DNA of 63,008 nucleotides, counting the filler, from Clostridia bacterium (GTDB lineage Bacteria > Bacillota > Clostridia > Acetivibrionales > JBAZRJ01): NCBI GenBank assembly GCA_041662985.1. It is 3 parts of 3 records of this genome, joined end to end, with 100 filler letters (N's around TTAATTAATTAA, not from the genome) between each part and the next. Parts side by side here need not be neighbours in the genome. Positions count along the whole stretch, not along the records: positions 1 to 24,528 come from JBAZRJ010000031.1; positions 24,629 to 47,412 come from JBAZRJ010000032.1; 1 more part is not named here. One strand, written 5' to 3'. Under the pieces are notes generated by a model. It searched no databases, was not told the origin of the DNA, and saw nothing but the letters and a program-made list of their open reading frames with translations. Numbering within the stretch: the first letter of the stretch is position 1; each line of letters opens with the position of its first letter. Both the position numbers and the translations under genes were made by a program. Below, piece by piece: positions 18,473 to 29,573 of this stretch.

Positions 18473-18961
18473 CTAAATTTTATCGAGAAACATCATCTTT
18501 GCACTTATTTTATCATCGATAATGTCAATCAATGAATAGGATTTTGAAGCACTGGTTCTGGGAAAACTTATGCTTCCGGGGTTGACGAGTATAAATTTGC
18601 CAAATTCAATTATTTCTGCGACATGTGTGTGCCCGAAAAGAATTAAATCGATTTTACTTTCTATTGCCCTAATGCAAAGCTTTTTAAAATCAGCCTTCAT
18701 AAGATATTTATGCCCGTGCGTGATTAATATTCTTTTGCCCTCATATTCGAGAATCTTCTCGGCAGGATTATCGTCAGTCGCAAAATCGCTGTTGCCCGGA
18801 ATCATTTCAAAAATTTTTCCGGGGAAAATCGCTTTGAGTTTTTTAGCATCCCTTAAAAAATCACCTAAATGGATAACTACATCGACTTCCGGATTATTGC
18901 TGATAGCTTTTTTTGCATAGTACAGTGTTCCATGTGAATCGCTTAAAACCAAAATTTTCAT
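18473..18961 (-). CDS. YsnB/YfcE-like metallophosphoesterase
   Basis: SDSHG, HLGD, GNSD, THGH, FGHTH, NPGS. Confidence 0.9.
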   Translation of the reverse strand: MKILVLSDSHGTLYYAKKAISNNPEVDVVIHLGDFLRDAKKLKAIFPGKIFEMIPGNSDFATDDNPAEKILEYEGKRILITHGHKYLMKADFKKLCIRAIESKIDLILFGHTHVAEIIEFGKFILVNPGSISFPRTSASKSYSLIDIIDDKISAKMMFLDKI

Positions 18962-19563
18962 AATTTTGTCCCAAATTCTTTTTCGAGTTCTGCAATCATT
19001 AATCTTAATGCATTCCCTCGATGGCTTATTTTGTGCTTCTCTTCAGGCTTCATTTGTGCTGTCGTAATATTGTATTCGGGGACATAAAATATCGGATCGT
19101 ATCCAAAACCATTTTCACCGATAGGTCTTTCATTAATATATCCTTTGCATTCTCCTGTTACGGTTAATTTCTTACCATCCGGAAAGACAACTGCAATTGC
19201 GCAGACAAATCTCGCCTTGCGTTTTTCATGCGGCACTCCGCTTAACATACTCAGAAGTTTTTCAACCCTCTCAGCATCCGTTGCCCCCTCCCCCGCAAAT
19301 CTTGAGGAAAAAATGCCAGGAGCACCGTTTAAATATTCGACCTCAAGACCTGAATCGTCAGCCATCACGATTTCACCGGTCAATTCCGATATTTTCTCTG
19401 CTTTAATAACGGCATTCTCTTCAAATGTACTTCCGATCTCTTCAACATCATCGGAAATTCCTACGTCTCCCATGCTAATAACATCAAACCTAAAGTCTTT
19501 CAAAATTTCTTTTATTTCATTTAATTTCCCTAAATTTTTTGATGCTACAACAAATTTTCGCAT
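18958..19563 (-). CDS. rdgB: XTP/dITP diphosphatase (Ham1 family)
   Basis: ASKNLGKL, DDSGL, APGIFSSRFAG, GFGYDPIF, SHRG. Confidence 0.95.
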   Translation of the reverse strand: MRKFVVASKNLGKLNEIKEILKDFRFDVISMGDVGISDDVEEIGSTFEENAVIKAEKISELTGEIVMADDSGLEVEYLNGAPGIFSSRFAGEGATDAERVEKLLSMLSGVPHEKRKARFVCAIAVVFPDGKKLTVTGECKGYINERPIGENGFGYDPIFYVPEYNITTAQMKPEEKHKISHRGNALRLMIAELEKEFGTKL

Positions 19564-19589
19564 AAAATGACCTTTCGAAATGGCACTTG

Positions 19590-21620
19590 TTATTTCAATG
19601 AAGCGATAATGGCATTACAAAGAGCCTTTGCTGCACTTTTCTGATATGTTTCCGATAGGAGCTTTGCTCTTTCGGCTGTGTTTGAGACAAAGCCAATCTC
19701 GGTAAGTATTGCCGGCATCTTGGTTGTCTTTAGGACAGCAAGACCGGGCCACGAAATTGGTGCTCCCCTGTTATATGACTTAAGAGTACTGATTAAAGAA
19801 TTCTGAACATTTAACGCAAAATCATAACTGCTGATCATATATCCAACCGAACTTCTTGTAGTATAAAATGTTTCGGTTCCATTCGCAGATTCGCTGTCGC
19901 TCGCATTATTATGGATGCACAGGAAAAGCGAAGCGTTAAGTGTGTTTGCAATATATGCTCTTTCGTAAAGTCCGATGAATATGTCGTCAGATCTTATTAA
20001 ATACGAATTCACGCCCTGCCCCTTTAATAGTTCGTTCAACTTCAGAGAAATTTCAAGGTTGATATTGCTTTCGTAAACATCTCCGACTGCCGCACCGGAA
20101 TCGTATCCTCCATGTCCCGCATCTATAACGACAAGCTTATCCGACAATTTATATGGTTTGAGAATTGTAATATACGACCTGGTTGACAAACCGCTGTCAG
20201 TTCTGGTAACTGCATTATAGTTGAATTTCTGAGTAGTATTAAAAGTTATGCTGACGGTTTTTTGTACTGTATTTTCCCAAACCTCAATCGAATTGACGAA
20301 ATCGTCGTTGATTAGGTACACTCCTGTACCAATATTGGAAGCTGCCATTGTCTTTGGAAATGTTAAAGTACAGCTGCTTCCGGACGATTCATACGACTGT
20401 TTGTAATATTTTTTCAATTCTGACGAACCAATAGAAGAATTATACACACGTTCTGCGAGATTTGCCCCTGCAACTACAAGACAAACTCTGTCTCCGTTTC
20501 TGCTATATACCATACTCTTAACAGGGTTCAATTTGATAAGTTTGATTGTTGTCTTACGGGTTTTTACATCATATGTTAAATTATATGCATATTTCGCTTT
20601 TGCATTAAGAATTATGCTCGTAGATCCCGCAATTAAGTCCTTCGTAATTTGAACGTTTTTAAAAACACTGTCATTAATTGTTAAAATACCATTTGCAATA
20701 TTTGCAAAAGATGTTTTGAATTTAATTGTGTATGTCAAATTTGAAGCAGAGTATGCGCCGGAATAAAACCTCTTCATATTTTCGTCAACAATTTTTGTAT
20801 CATTGATTGTCAGGTGAATATCTCCTTTGCTGTTGAAATAGCTTACGCCTTTCAATGTATTATCCGAGTCTCTTGGATCATTTCCTCTGTCGGACTCGGC
20901 TATTTTGGGGATATTTATTATTGTGCTCTTGATTGCTGTGTCCGTTAATGGATTGAATTTAAATTTCGCAACCGCATCAATTACAATGCTTGTTGTCTTC
21001 TTTTTACTGTCATTGACAACCTTTAAGCTTTTTAAATATTTATCGTTTATATTTTTTGTGATGCTTTTCAAATTAATTATGTTATTGGAATAAGTTATTG
21101 TGTATCTTTTCCCCGAAAGTTCATACTTTTCGGTATACTTTTTTTTGCCGGAAATGTACAGATTCTGGCTTTTAAACATAATATTTGCGCTTAAATCATC
21201 CACGAAATATGATAGCCCTTTTGTTATCGGATTTGTAAACAATATTAAAATCTTGCCCGTTCTTTTTACGATTTTGTAATCAGGCTTGCCGATCAGGTCA
21301 ACAACTACTCTTGCTGAATTAGATCCTCTCATTGCATACCTGACACTTTTCAGATATTTGCTGCTGAAATTTAAAGTTGTCTGACTTGGAGGAGCACCGG
21401 ATCCTGCAATATCAAGAACAACTCTGTTTGGTTCAGTGAGATACATCGTGGAATAACCGCTGAAACTTCCTAAATAAACCTCGACGGTTGCCTGACTTTG
21501 AATTGAGATACACTTGATTTTGTACACGCCTTTATCAACTGCGGCAGAAACCGTCACAACTGAAATGGTTTCAATCACTATGAGCATCAGAACCAATATT
21601 ACCGATAATGTTTTCTTCAT
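19590..21620 (-). CDS. N-acetylmuramoyl-L-alanine amidase (AMIN-like repeats plus Amidase_3)
   Basis: Signal peptide, PNRVVLDI, VVIDAGHGG, ESNINL, CIHNNA, AILTEIGFVSN. Confidence 0.9.
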   Translation of the reverse strand: MKKTLSVILVLMLIVIETISVVTVSAAVDKGVYKIKCISIQSQATVEVYLGSFSGYSTMYLTEPNRVVLDIAGSGAPPSQTTLNFSSKYLKSVRYAMRGSNSARVVVDLIGKPDYKIVKRTGKILILFTNPITKGLSYFVDDLSANIMFKSQNLYISGKKKYTEKYELSGKRYTITYSNNIINLKSITKNINDKYLKSLKVVNDSKKKTTSIVIDAVAKFKFNPLTDTAIKSTIINIPKIAESDRGNDPRDSDNTLKGVSYFNSKGDIHLTINDTKIVDENMKRFYSGAYSASNLTYTIKFKTSFANIANGILTINDSVFKNVQITKDLIAGSTSIILNAKAKYAYNLTYDVKTRKTTIKLIKLNPVKSMVYSRNGDRVCLVVAGANLAERVYNSSIGSSELKKYYKQSYESSGSSCTLTFPKTMAASNIGTGVYLINDDFVNSIEVWENTVQKTVSITFNTTQKFNYNAVTRTDSGLSTRSYITILKPYKLSDKLVVIDAGHGGYDSGAAVGDVYESNINLEISLKLNELLKGQGVNSYLIRSDDIFIGLYERAYIANTLNASLFLCIHNNASDSESANGTETFYTTRSSVGYMISSYDFALNVQNSLISTLKSYNRGAPISWPGLAVLKTTKMPAILTEIGFVSNTAERAKLLSETYQKSAAKALCNAIIASLK

Positions 21621-21635
21621 TTAAACACCTCTTCT

Positions 21636-22163
21636 TTAGTTAAAAATCCTTTGCCTGTTTAAGGATTTGATACATCCGCAATATTTTTGCCTGTATAATC
21701 CAAGTTCCTTTGCCCTTGCCTGTCCCTCCCTGAAACCCGGTCTGAAATCCCTGTAATAAAATTCTATCCCAAAATCCTTTGAAAACTTTTCTCCAAGTTC
21801 CTTAATCAAGTCATGTTTTTGATACGGACTCACCAAAAGCGTGGTTGAAAAGGCATTAAAACCGTTTTCTTTTGCAAATCTTGCCGTTTTGGAAAGACGC
21901 AAGCTATAGCACATTTTACATCTTTCATCATCGCTTTCCGAAAAGTTTTCCCAATCATTTTGTAAAAAATCATCCGCATATGTCGTTTTAATTCCTTTAT
22001 TTTTCGAAAATATTTCAACATTTTCTTTTCGCCTGTTAAACTCATCAATCGGGTGTATGTTTGGGTTGTAAAAGAAACCCTCAAATTCAATTTTTTCATC
22101 CTGCAAAACACCTGCAGGGTATAATGCGCAAGGTGCGCAGCACATATGCAACAGCAATCTCAT
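21636..22163 (-). CDS. queH: Epoxyqueuosine reductase QueH (DUF208)
   Basis: LLLHMCCAPC, YNPNIHP, RCKMCY, YRQKYCGC. Confidence 0.92.
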   Translation of the reverse strand: MRLLLHMCCAPCALYPAGVLQDEKIEFEGFFYNPNIHPIDEFNRRKENVEIFSKNKGIKTTYADDFLQNDWENFSESDDERCKMCYSLRLSKTARFAKENGFNAFSTTLLVSPYQKHDLIKELGEKFSKDFGIEFYYRDFRPGFREGQARAKELGLYRQKYCGCIKSLNRQRIFN

Positions 22164-22214
22164 TTTTTATCTCTCCGTTTGCGTTTCCCAACCTTCGTGA
22201 ACCGTTCCTTTACA

Positions 22215-23210
22215 TTATTCGAATTTTATTCCAAAATGTTCGTATGCGTTCTTCGTAGCCATTCTGCCTCTCGGAGTCTTATTTATAAACCCAAGTTTTA
22301 ATAAGTATGGCTCGTAAATATCTTCGATTGTCTCGGTCTCTTCTCCGATTGAAGCGGCAAGCGTTTCAAGCCCCACAGGACCGCCACTGAATTTTTCAAT
22401 GATGCTCATCAGCATATTCCTGTCAACACCGTCGAGTCCTATTTTATCAACCTCAAGAGCATCGAGACTGGATATTGCAACATCGTAAGTTATAATTCCG
22501 TCCGCCTTCACCTGGGCAAAGTCCCGTACCCTCTTCAGTAATCTGTTTGCTATTCTTGGAGTCCCTCTCGCACGATTTGCAATTTCCTTTGCGCCATTTG
22601 GCTCAACCTCAATATTCAATATTCCGGATGATCTGTTGACAATCCTCTCCAATTCCTCCGGCGAATACATGTCCAGCCTGTTTATCGTTCCAAATCTATC
22701 CCTTAACGGAGATGTCAGAAGTCCCGCGCGTGTTGTCGCTCCTATCAGAGTGAACTTTGGCAGGTCCAGTCTTATAGAGCGTGCGCTGGGTCCTTTTCCT
22801 ATAATTATATCAAGTGCGTAGTCCTCCATTGCAGGATAAAGAATTTCTTCAACATTTCTGTTTAAACGGTGAATCTCGTCTATAAACAACACATCATTAT
22901 TTCCAAGGTTCGTCAAAATTGCCGCAAGGTCACCGGCCTTCTCAATCGCAGGACCTGAAGTAACTCTGAATCCAACCCCCAATTCGTTTGCAATAATTCC
23001 CGCAAGCGTTGTTTTTCCTAAACCCGGAGGTCCATATAGCAAAACATGATCGAGTGCTTCATTTCTTTTTTTGGCAGCCTCAATAAATACGGCTAAATTT
23101 TCTTTTACCTTCTTTTGCCCAACATAATCTTCAAATTTTCGTGGTCTTAAACTCATTTCCTCTGAATCCTCAAGCTTAAGCTCACATCCAACCAGTCTTT
23201 CCTCTTCCAT
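22215..23210 (-). CDS. ruvB: Holliday junction branch migration helicase RuvB
   Basis: [38 protein letters not shown] 23210 preferred. Confidence 0.97.
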   Translation of the reverse strand: MEEERLVGCELKLEDSEEMSLRPRKFEDYVGQKKVKENLAVFIEAAKKRNEALDHVLLYGPPGLGKTTLAGIIANELGVGFRVTSGPAIEKAGDLAAILTNLGNNDVLFIDEIHRLNRNVEEILYPAMEDYALDIIIGKGPSARSIRLDLPKFTLIGATTRAGLLTSPLRDRFGTINRLDMYSPEELERIVNRSSGILNIEVEPNGAKEIANRARGTPRIANRLLKRVRDFAQVKADGIITYDVAISSLDALEVDKIGLDGVDRNMLMSIIEKFSGGPVGLETLAASIGEETETIEDIYEPYLLKLGFINKTPRGRMATKNAYEHFGIKFE

Positions 23211-23292
23211 ATAACTAATTCCTTTCAATACCCGTCTTTCAATTGTGGTTTAATCAAGTCAATTATCGTTCCTTTTTCGCTCAATAATTCGG

Positions 23293-23892
23293 TTATAACC
23301 CTTTCAGCGCACTTTTTATAATACTTTCGAGCTCCATTCCTTCTTTATAAATTGCCGAGATTGCTTTACTCGCTTCAACCGGTGAATATCCGAGCACCAT
23401 CAAAGCGCTTATCGCCTCAGAGAACACTGAATTTTCGTCTCCGAATACTGTTTCGTCGAAGTTTTCGATATTCAGAGCCGATATCTGCTCTTTCTTTAGT
23501 TTGTCCTTAAGCTCAAGTACTATTCTTTGGGCCGTTTTGCCGCCAATTCCCTGCGCTTTTGTTAATATTTTATAATCATTGGTTATTACAGAAATTCCGA
23601 ATTTTGAAGGCGGGAGAGACGATATGAGAGATATCGCAGCTTTTGGCCCGACTCCCGATACAGAAATGAGAAGTTCAAACATATTGAGCTCCTCCTGGGT
23701 TAAAAAACCGTAAAGACAAATTATATCTTCTCTGACATGTAAATGCGTGAAAACCTTAAGTTCATTGCCTAATTCACCGGCAGACTGCACTGTGGTCAGT
23801 GCTGTGGAAATCTTATATCCGATTCCCCCGGCTTCAACAACTATAAATTCGTTCTGCTTGTTTGTGAGCACTCCCTTTATGTACGAATACAT
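23293..23892 (-). CDS. ruvA: Holliday junction branch migration protein RuvA
   Basis: VREDIICLYGF, VSGVGPKAA, GIGGKTAQRIVLELK, ALMVLGY. Confidence 0.96.
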   Translation of the reverse strand: MYSYIKGVLTNKQNEFIVVEAGGIGYKISTALTTVQSAGELGNELKVFTHLHVREDIICLYGFLTQEELNMFELLISVSGVGPKAAISLISSLPPSKFGISVITNDYKILTKAQGIGGKTAQRIVLELKDKLKKEQISALNIENFDETVFGDENSVFSEAISALMVLGYSPVEASKAISAIYKEGMELESIIKSALKGL

Positions 23893-23958
23893 GGTGTGTC
23901 CTCCAATTTTATCTTTTGATTTATATCAAACCGTTACCGTTAAATGACCTCAAACCTT

Positions 23959-24450
23959 TTATCTCAATCCGATTTCATTCATCCTGTAAGAATTTCCATG
24001 GCAAATTGCTACGGCCAGCGCATCTGAAGCATCATCGGGTTTTGGAATACTTTCTAAATTCAGTATTATTTTTACCATCTGCTGAACCTGATTTTTGTCT
24101 GCCCGTCCATATCCGACAACTGCCTGTTTTACCTGAAGCGGAGTGTATTCATGCACGGCCCTTCCGGATTTAGCAGCCGCAAGTATTGCAACACCTCTGC
24201 CGTGTCCGACGTTTAGAGCCGTTTTCAGGTTTTTGTTGATAAATAATTCCTCAACCGATATTGCATCCGGTTTGTGTTTTTCAATCACTTCCTCAAGCGA
24301 GTCAAAAAGTGTCAGCATTCTTTCGCAAAGAGGTTTTGACGCGTGTGTTGTAATTGCTCCGTAATCAATTACCGAAAACTTGTTCACCTCATATTTTACT
24401 ACACCATATCCTGTAATTGCAAACCCGGGGTCAATCCCCAATATTATCAT
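23959..24450 (-). CDS. ruvC: Crossover junction endodeoxyribonuclease RuvC
   Basis: [34 protein letters not shown]. Confidence 0.97.
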   Translation of the reverse strand: MIILGIDPGFAITGYGVVKYEVNKFSVIDYGAITTHASKPLCERMLTLFDSLEEVIEKHKPDAISVEELFINKNLKTALNVGHGRGVAILAAAKSGRAVHEYTPLQVKQAVVGYGRADKNQVQQMVKIILNLESIPKPDDASDALAVAICHGNSYRMNEIGLR

Positions 24451-24528
24451 GTAAAACCTCCGGTTATTTTGTAAATATTATTGCATATTTATGCATTTGG
24501 ATGTATAATAATTAATTAAACTTACTAA

Positions 24529-24628
24529 NNNNNNNNNNNNNNNNNNNNNNNNNNNNNNNNNNNNNNNNNNNNTTAATTAATTAANNNNNNNNNNNNNNNN
24601 NNNNNNNNNNNNNNNNNNNNNNNNNNNN
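24529..24628. other. Assembly gap with artificial six-frame-stop linker
   Basis: 44 N + TTAATTAATTAA + 44 N. Confidence 0.95.
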
Positions 24629-26886
24629 AATTCAGGTTTTAGCTTTGATATTGAGATAAGGATTGGCGCAGGTGCTTTTGTTTGCGGCGAAGAAACCGCA
24701 TTAATGTCCTCAATAGAGGGAAAAAGGGGCGAACCAAGACAGAAACCTCCGCTGCCCTTTGAAAAAGGATTGTTTGGGAAACCGACGATAATAAACAATG
24801 TTGAGACTTATGCAAATGTTCCGGTAATACTCGAACGCGGAAGCGAATGGTTTGCAGGAATCGGAACCGAAAAGAGCAAGGGAACCAAGGTGTTCGCACT
24901 TGCAGGAGACATTTGCAACACAGGAATAATCGAAGTCCCGATGGGAGTTTCGCTGGGAGAGATATTGTTTGATATAGGCGGAGGCATACCAAAAAAGAAG
25001 AAATTTAAAGCGGCTCAAACAGGAGGTCCTTCCGGCGGATGTATTCCGAAGGAATTATTGAATACGCCAATTGATTATGATTCGCTGTCAAAGCTTGGAA
25101 CGATAATGGGTTCGGGCGGATTGATAAGCATGGACGAAGATACATGTATGGTAGATATGGCGAGGTTCTTTCTGGAATTTGTAAAGGATGAATCCTGCGG
25201 AAAATGCGTACCATGCAGGCTGGGAACAAAAAGAATGCTCGAAATATTGGAAAGGATTACAAGAGGCGAGGGACGGGAAGGCGATATCGAATTACTTGAA
25301 GAAATAGGCACAACCGTTATGGATACTGCTGTTTGCGGTCTTGGAACATCATCTGCAAATCCTGTAATTAGCATGATTAAAAATTTCAGAGAAGAATATG
25401 AAGAACACATTAAATATAAATATTGCAGAGCGGGCGTTTGCGGAGACCTTTTCATTTCTCCTTGCGAAAATGCATGTCCTGCAAATGTAAATGTCCCCGG
25501 ATACGTTGCACTGATTGCTGCTGGCAGGATAAGAGATGCATATAATTTAATCAGAAAAGAAAATCCTTTCCCGGCAGTTTGCGGAAGAGTCTGCACACAT
25601 CCTTGCGAAAGCAAGTGCAGAAGAGCTCAGCTCGATGAGGCGATTTCTATTTCCGATTTGAAAATGTATGCTGCCGATTACGTATTGAATAACGATGAAC
25701 CTTATATGGATCTTGTATTTCCAAAAAAGAACAAAAGCGTTGGCATTATAGGCGCGGGACCATCAGGCCTTACAAGCGCATACTATCTTGCAAGACTCGG
25801 ATATGACGTTGACGTATACGATGCTCAGCCGGTCGCAGGCGGAATGCTTGCATTTGGAATACCTGAGTACAGGCTTCCGAACGATGTTCTCAATCATGAA
25901 ATAAAAATGATTGAACAGGTTGGAGTAAAAATCCATCTAAATAAAGAGATCGGTGAAGACATTTCGTTTTATCAATTGAGAAATAAGCATGACGCCGTTT
26001 ATATTGCAACAGGAACTCAATTCTCAAACAAAATCAACCTGCCGGGCGAGGAATTGAAGGGAGTTTATCACGGACTCGATTTTTTGAGGGATGTCAGCCT
26101 GAAGAAGGATGTTGTTGTTCAAAAATCTGTCGCAATCATTGGCGGAGGAAATACTGCTGTCGATTCAGCCAGAACAGCCATAAGACTTGGAGCATCAGAG
26201 GTTACGATGCTTTACAGGCGTCTGATTACCGATATGCCGGCTGATGAAAGAGAAATCAAAGAAGCGTTGGAAGAAGGTATAAAGATAATTGAACTTGTTG
26301 CTCCTGTCAGATTTATCGGAGACAAAAAAGTCAAAGAAATAGAATGTATAAGAATGGAGCTTGGGGAATTTGATTCGGGCGGGAGGAAGAAACCCAAAAT
26401 CATACCGGGTTCTGAATTTAAAATTAAAGTTGATACTGTGATACCGGCGGTCAGCCAATATTCAGATTTGCCTTTTATAAGCAAAAAAGAGGTTGAAATA
26501 ACCCAATGGGGGACTTTTAACACCGACAAAGATACGCTTATGACCAAGATGAAAGGTGTATTTGCCGGCGGAGACGTTGTCCGCGGTTCAGATGTTGTAA
26601 TTACGGCAATAAGAGACGGAAAAGAGGCTGCAAAGTCTATTGATAAATATCTGGGTGGAAACGGAGTGCTGAATACAGGAGAGAACATTGAAATACCAAT
26701 GCCTTCAGACGATGTCGAATTGGTTGAGCACGGCAGATATCCGATTAAACTGCTTGATCCGGATATTAGNNNNNNNNNNTTAGAAAAAAATCATTTGACG
26801 AGGTTACAATCGGATTCCAGAAAACGAATGCAATCGCTGAAGCAAATAGGTGCTTGAGATGCGACAGGAGGGCTAAAGATGATTAA
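24629..26886 (+). CDS. NuoF/HydB-like flavoprotein fused to a GltD-like NAD(P)H oxidoreductase domain (5' truncated by gap)
   Basis: [39 protein letters not shown], then [40 protein letters not shown]; after the 10-N gap the frame gives EANRCLRCD ending TAA 26886. Confidence 0.85.
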
Positions 26887-28672
26887 TTTAACCATTAACG
26901 GAAATGAAGTTGTTACCGAAGAAGGAAAAACGATTCTTCAGGCAGCGAAGGACAATAATATTAATATACCTCATCTTTGCTATCTTGAGGGTGTTCATAA
27001 AGCCGGCAATTGCAGGATTTGCATTGTTGAGGTCGACGGGACAAATAAGCTTCAGACATCATGTATTGTTCCGGTCAGGGAAGGAATGGTTGTTCAATCG
27101 AATACCGAAAGAGTCAAAAAAGCGAGAAAATTGTTGTATGAACTTATGCTTTCGGACCATCCGAAAGAATGTTTAAGCTGCTCAAGAAATTTGAACTGTG
27201 AATTTCAAAAACTTGGAGAGCTCATGCAGATAAGCGAATCGAGATTTGACGGCATTTTCTCAAATTCAATTGTTGATGAGTCTTCTCCTTCAATTGTCAG
27301 GGACACATCAAAATGTATCCTTTGCAGAAGATGTGTGACGGTTTGCAACGAGATTCAGGGTGTCGGAATTTTGAATGTTCAGAAGAGGGGATTCAAATCT
27401 GTCATCAGTCCCGCAGCCTCGTTGCCGTTGGATTCGGTAAACTGTTCATATTGCGGCCAGTGTACCGCTGTATGTCCTACCGGAGCGCTGAGAGAAAAGG
27501 ATTCAACCCAGGATGTCTGGAATGCACTTTTTGACAAAAGCAAGAGAGTTGTAATTCAGACAGCACCGGCAATCAGGGCATCACTGGGAGAAGAGTTCGG
27601 GTACGAACCCGGAACACTGGTTACGGGTAAAATGGTTTCAGCTTTAAAGAAAATGGGTTTTGATGATGTGTTTGATACTAACTTTGCCGCAGATCTGACA
27701 ATAATCGAAGAAGGCAACGAACTCCTGAAGCGCTTGAGTGAAGCGCTTACAGGCAAGGGTGCGGTTCTTCCGATGATTACTTCGTGCAGTCCGGGATGGA
27801 TAAAATACGTTGAGCATACTTTCCCGGAAGAACTTGATCATCTTTCGTCCTGCAAATCACCCCACACAATGCTTGGAGCACTCATTAAATCGTATTATGC
27901 GAAGAAAATTGAAGTTGATCCGAAAGATATATATGTTGTTTCTGTTATGCCTTGCACCGCAAAGAAATTTGAAATTACAAGACCTGAAATGACAAATGAC
28001 GGACTCAAGAATGTAGATGCAGTTCTCACAACTAGAGAACTTGCCAGGATGATAAAGGACAACGGAATTGATTTCAAAAAGCTTTCAGACAGCGAGTTTG
28101 ATTCACCGCTTGGAATGTCATCGGGTGCGGCGGATATATTCGGTACTACGGGCGGTGTAATGGAAGCAGCTTTGAGAACGGCATACGAGCTGATTACCGG
28201 AAGAGAAGTGCCATTCAAAAAATTGGACATAATTCCTGTCAGAGGTTTTGATCAAATCAAGACAGCCGAAATCAAAATTGAAAATACGTTGCCTGAATTC
28301 AAATATCTTGAAGGAGTCGTACTTAAGATTGCCGTCACAAGCGGCTTGAGCGGTGCAAAAAAACTTATGAAGGAAGTTGCCGAGGGTATTTCACAGTACC
28401 ATTTCATTGAAGTAATGGGATGCCCGGGCGGTTGCATAAGCGGCGGAGGCCAACCGAGAATGACCGATGACAATGTGAGAGAAAAACGTCTAGAGGCAAT
28501 TTATAAAGAGGATGAAGGCAAGAAAATGAGAAAATCACATGAAAATCCTTTTATTACAGCCTTGTACAAAGATTTCCTTATTGAACCATTGGGACATAAG
28601 TCTCATGAATTGCTGCATACAGAGTATACGAAGCGTGGAAATTACAATGAATGCATAGCAGGCAAGAAATAA
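26879..28672 (+). CDS. [FeFe]-hydrogenase catalytic subunit (multimeric group A type)
   Basis: H-cluster motifs TSCSPGW, MPCTAKKFE, EVMGCPGGCISGGGQP; N-terminal 2Fe-2S and 4Fe-4S motifs. Confidence 0.95.
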   Translation: MINLTINGNEVVTEEGKTILQAAKDNNINIPHLCYLEGVHKAGNCRICIVEVDGTNKLQTSCIVPVREGMVVQSNTERVKKARKLLYELMLSDHPKECLSCSRNLNCEFQKLGELMQISESRFDGIFSNSIVDESSPSIVRDTSKCILCRRCVTVCNEIQGVGILNVQKRGFKSVISPAASLPLDSVNCSYCGQCTAVCPTGALREKDSTQDVWNALFDKSKRVVIQTAPAIRASLGEEFGYEPGTLVTGKMVSALKKMGFDDVFDTNFAADLTIIEEGNELLKRLSEALTGKGAVLPMITSCSPGWIKYVEHTFPEELDHLSSCKSPHTMLGALIKSYYAKKIEVDPKDIYVVSVMPCTAKKFEITRPEMTNDGLKNVDAVLTTRELARMIKDNGIDFKKLSDSEFDSPLGMSSGAADIFGTTGGVMEAALRTAYELITGREVPFKKLDIIPVRGFDQIKTAEIKIENTLPEFKYLEGVVLKIAVTSGLSGAKKLMKEVAEGISQYHFIEVMGCPGGCISGGGQPRMTDDNVREKRLEAIYKEDEGKKMRKSHENPFITALYKDFLIEPLGHKSHELLHTEYTKRGNYNECIAGKK

Positions 28673-28693
28673 ATCACTAAGAGAATATCCAAC

Positions 28694-28720
28694 AAAAAAA
28701 GAGCCCGGGGGCTCTTTTTT
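28694..28720 (+). terminator. Intrinsic terminator
   Basis: AAAAAAAGAGCC-CGGG-GGCTCTTTTTT. Confidence 0.8.
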
Positions 28721-28758
28721 ATTCTGCGCATATGTTATAATTTAACTGAGGTGAACAC

Positions 28759-29109
28759 ATGAAAATTGATGAAATAGTTGGAGTTTTAAACGCGGAAATG
28801 CTTGTAAAAGGCGATGATATCGATATAGAAATCAAGTCGGCTTGTGGGGCAGATTTAATGAGTGATGTTATGGCTTATGTTAAGGAAAATGTTCTTTTGC
28901 TCACAGGACTTGTGAATCCGCAAGTTGTCAGAACAGCCGAAATGATGGATATTAAAGCGATTGCTTTTGTAAGAGGTAAAAAACCGGGACAGGATATTAT
29001 TGAACTTGCAAATGAGAAAAAAATAACTGTTCTTGTGACAAAAGAAACAATGTTTACTGCATGCGGTAAACTATACAAAGAAGGAATCACAGGACGTGGA
29101 ATATGGTGA
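28759..29109 (+). CDS. DRTGG-domain protein
   Basis: CGADLMSDVMA, LLLTGL, VVRTAEM, FVRGK. Confidence 0.85.
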   Translation: MKIDEIVGVLNAEMLVKGDDIDIEIKSACGADLMSDVMAYVKENVLLLTGLVNPQVVRTAEMMDIKAIAFVRGKKPGQDIIELANEKKITVLVTKETMFTACGKLYKEGITGRGIW

Positions 29110-29537
29110 CGGAGAATAAATCCATTAAACTTCATTTTGATATTCCTGATTCCGATTTTTCGATTGCGGGGGAAGCATCGAGTAGCGTTAAGAAAAAGAT
29201 GAGTCAATTGGGAATTGCGCCGGGAATCATAAAAAAAGCGGCTGTATCTATGTATGAAGCTGAAATGAATGCTGTAATACATGCAAATGGCGGAGTTGCG
29301 GATATTGAGATTGATGATAACAAGGTTTTTATAAGAATAAGGGACGAGGGACCCGGTATACAAAATGTCAATCTTGCAATGCAGGAAGGATATTCTACGG
29401 CATCCGATAATGTTCGACAGCTTGGCTTCGGAGCCGGTATGGGCTTACCGAATATAAAAAGGTATGCGGATAAATTAAATATCATTTCAAATGTAGGAAA
29501 AGGAACAACATTGGAAATAACGATAAATATCCCATAA
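29103..29537 (+). CDS. Anti-sigma-factor-type Ser/Thr kinase (RsbT-like)
   Basis: AGEASS, YEAEMNAVIHA, DEGPGI, AMQEGYST, GAGMGLPN. Confidence 0.87.
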   Translation: MVTENKSIKLHFDIPDSDFSIAGEASSSVKKKMSQLGIAPGIIKKAAVSMYEAEMNAVIHANGGVADIEIDDNKVFIRIRDEGPGIQNVNLAMQEGYSTASDNVRQLGFGAGMGLPNIKRYADKLNIISNVGKGTTLEITINIP

Positions 29538-29573
29538 ACTGTTGTGATTCTTATACCAAAGGAGGTGGCTTTT

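Noticed and set aside
24529..24628. TTAATTAATTAA palindrome as a biological site, and ruvC-hydrogenase linkage
   Set aside because: An identical N-flanked linker recurs at 47413-47512; it is an artificial contig joiner.
26770..26886. Frameshift or pseudogene at the end of the NuoF-GltD gene
   Set aside because: It coincides with a 10-N gap flanked by duplicated TTAG; the conserved EANRCLRC end is intact in another frame.
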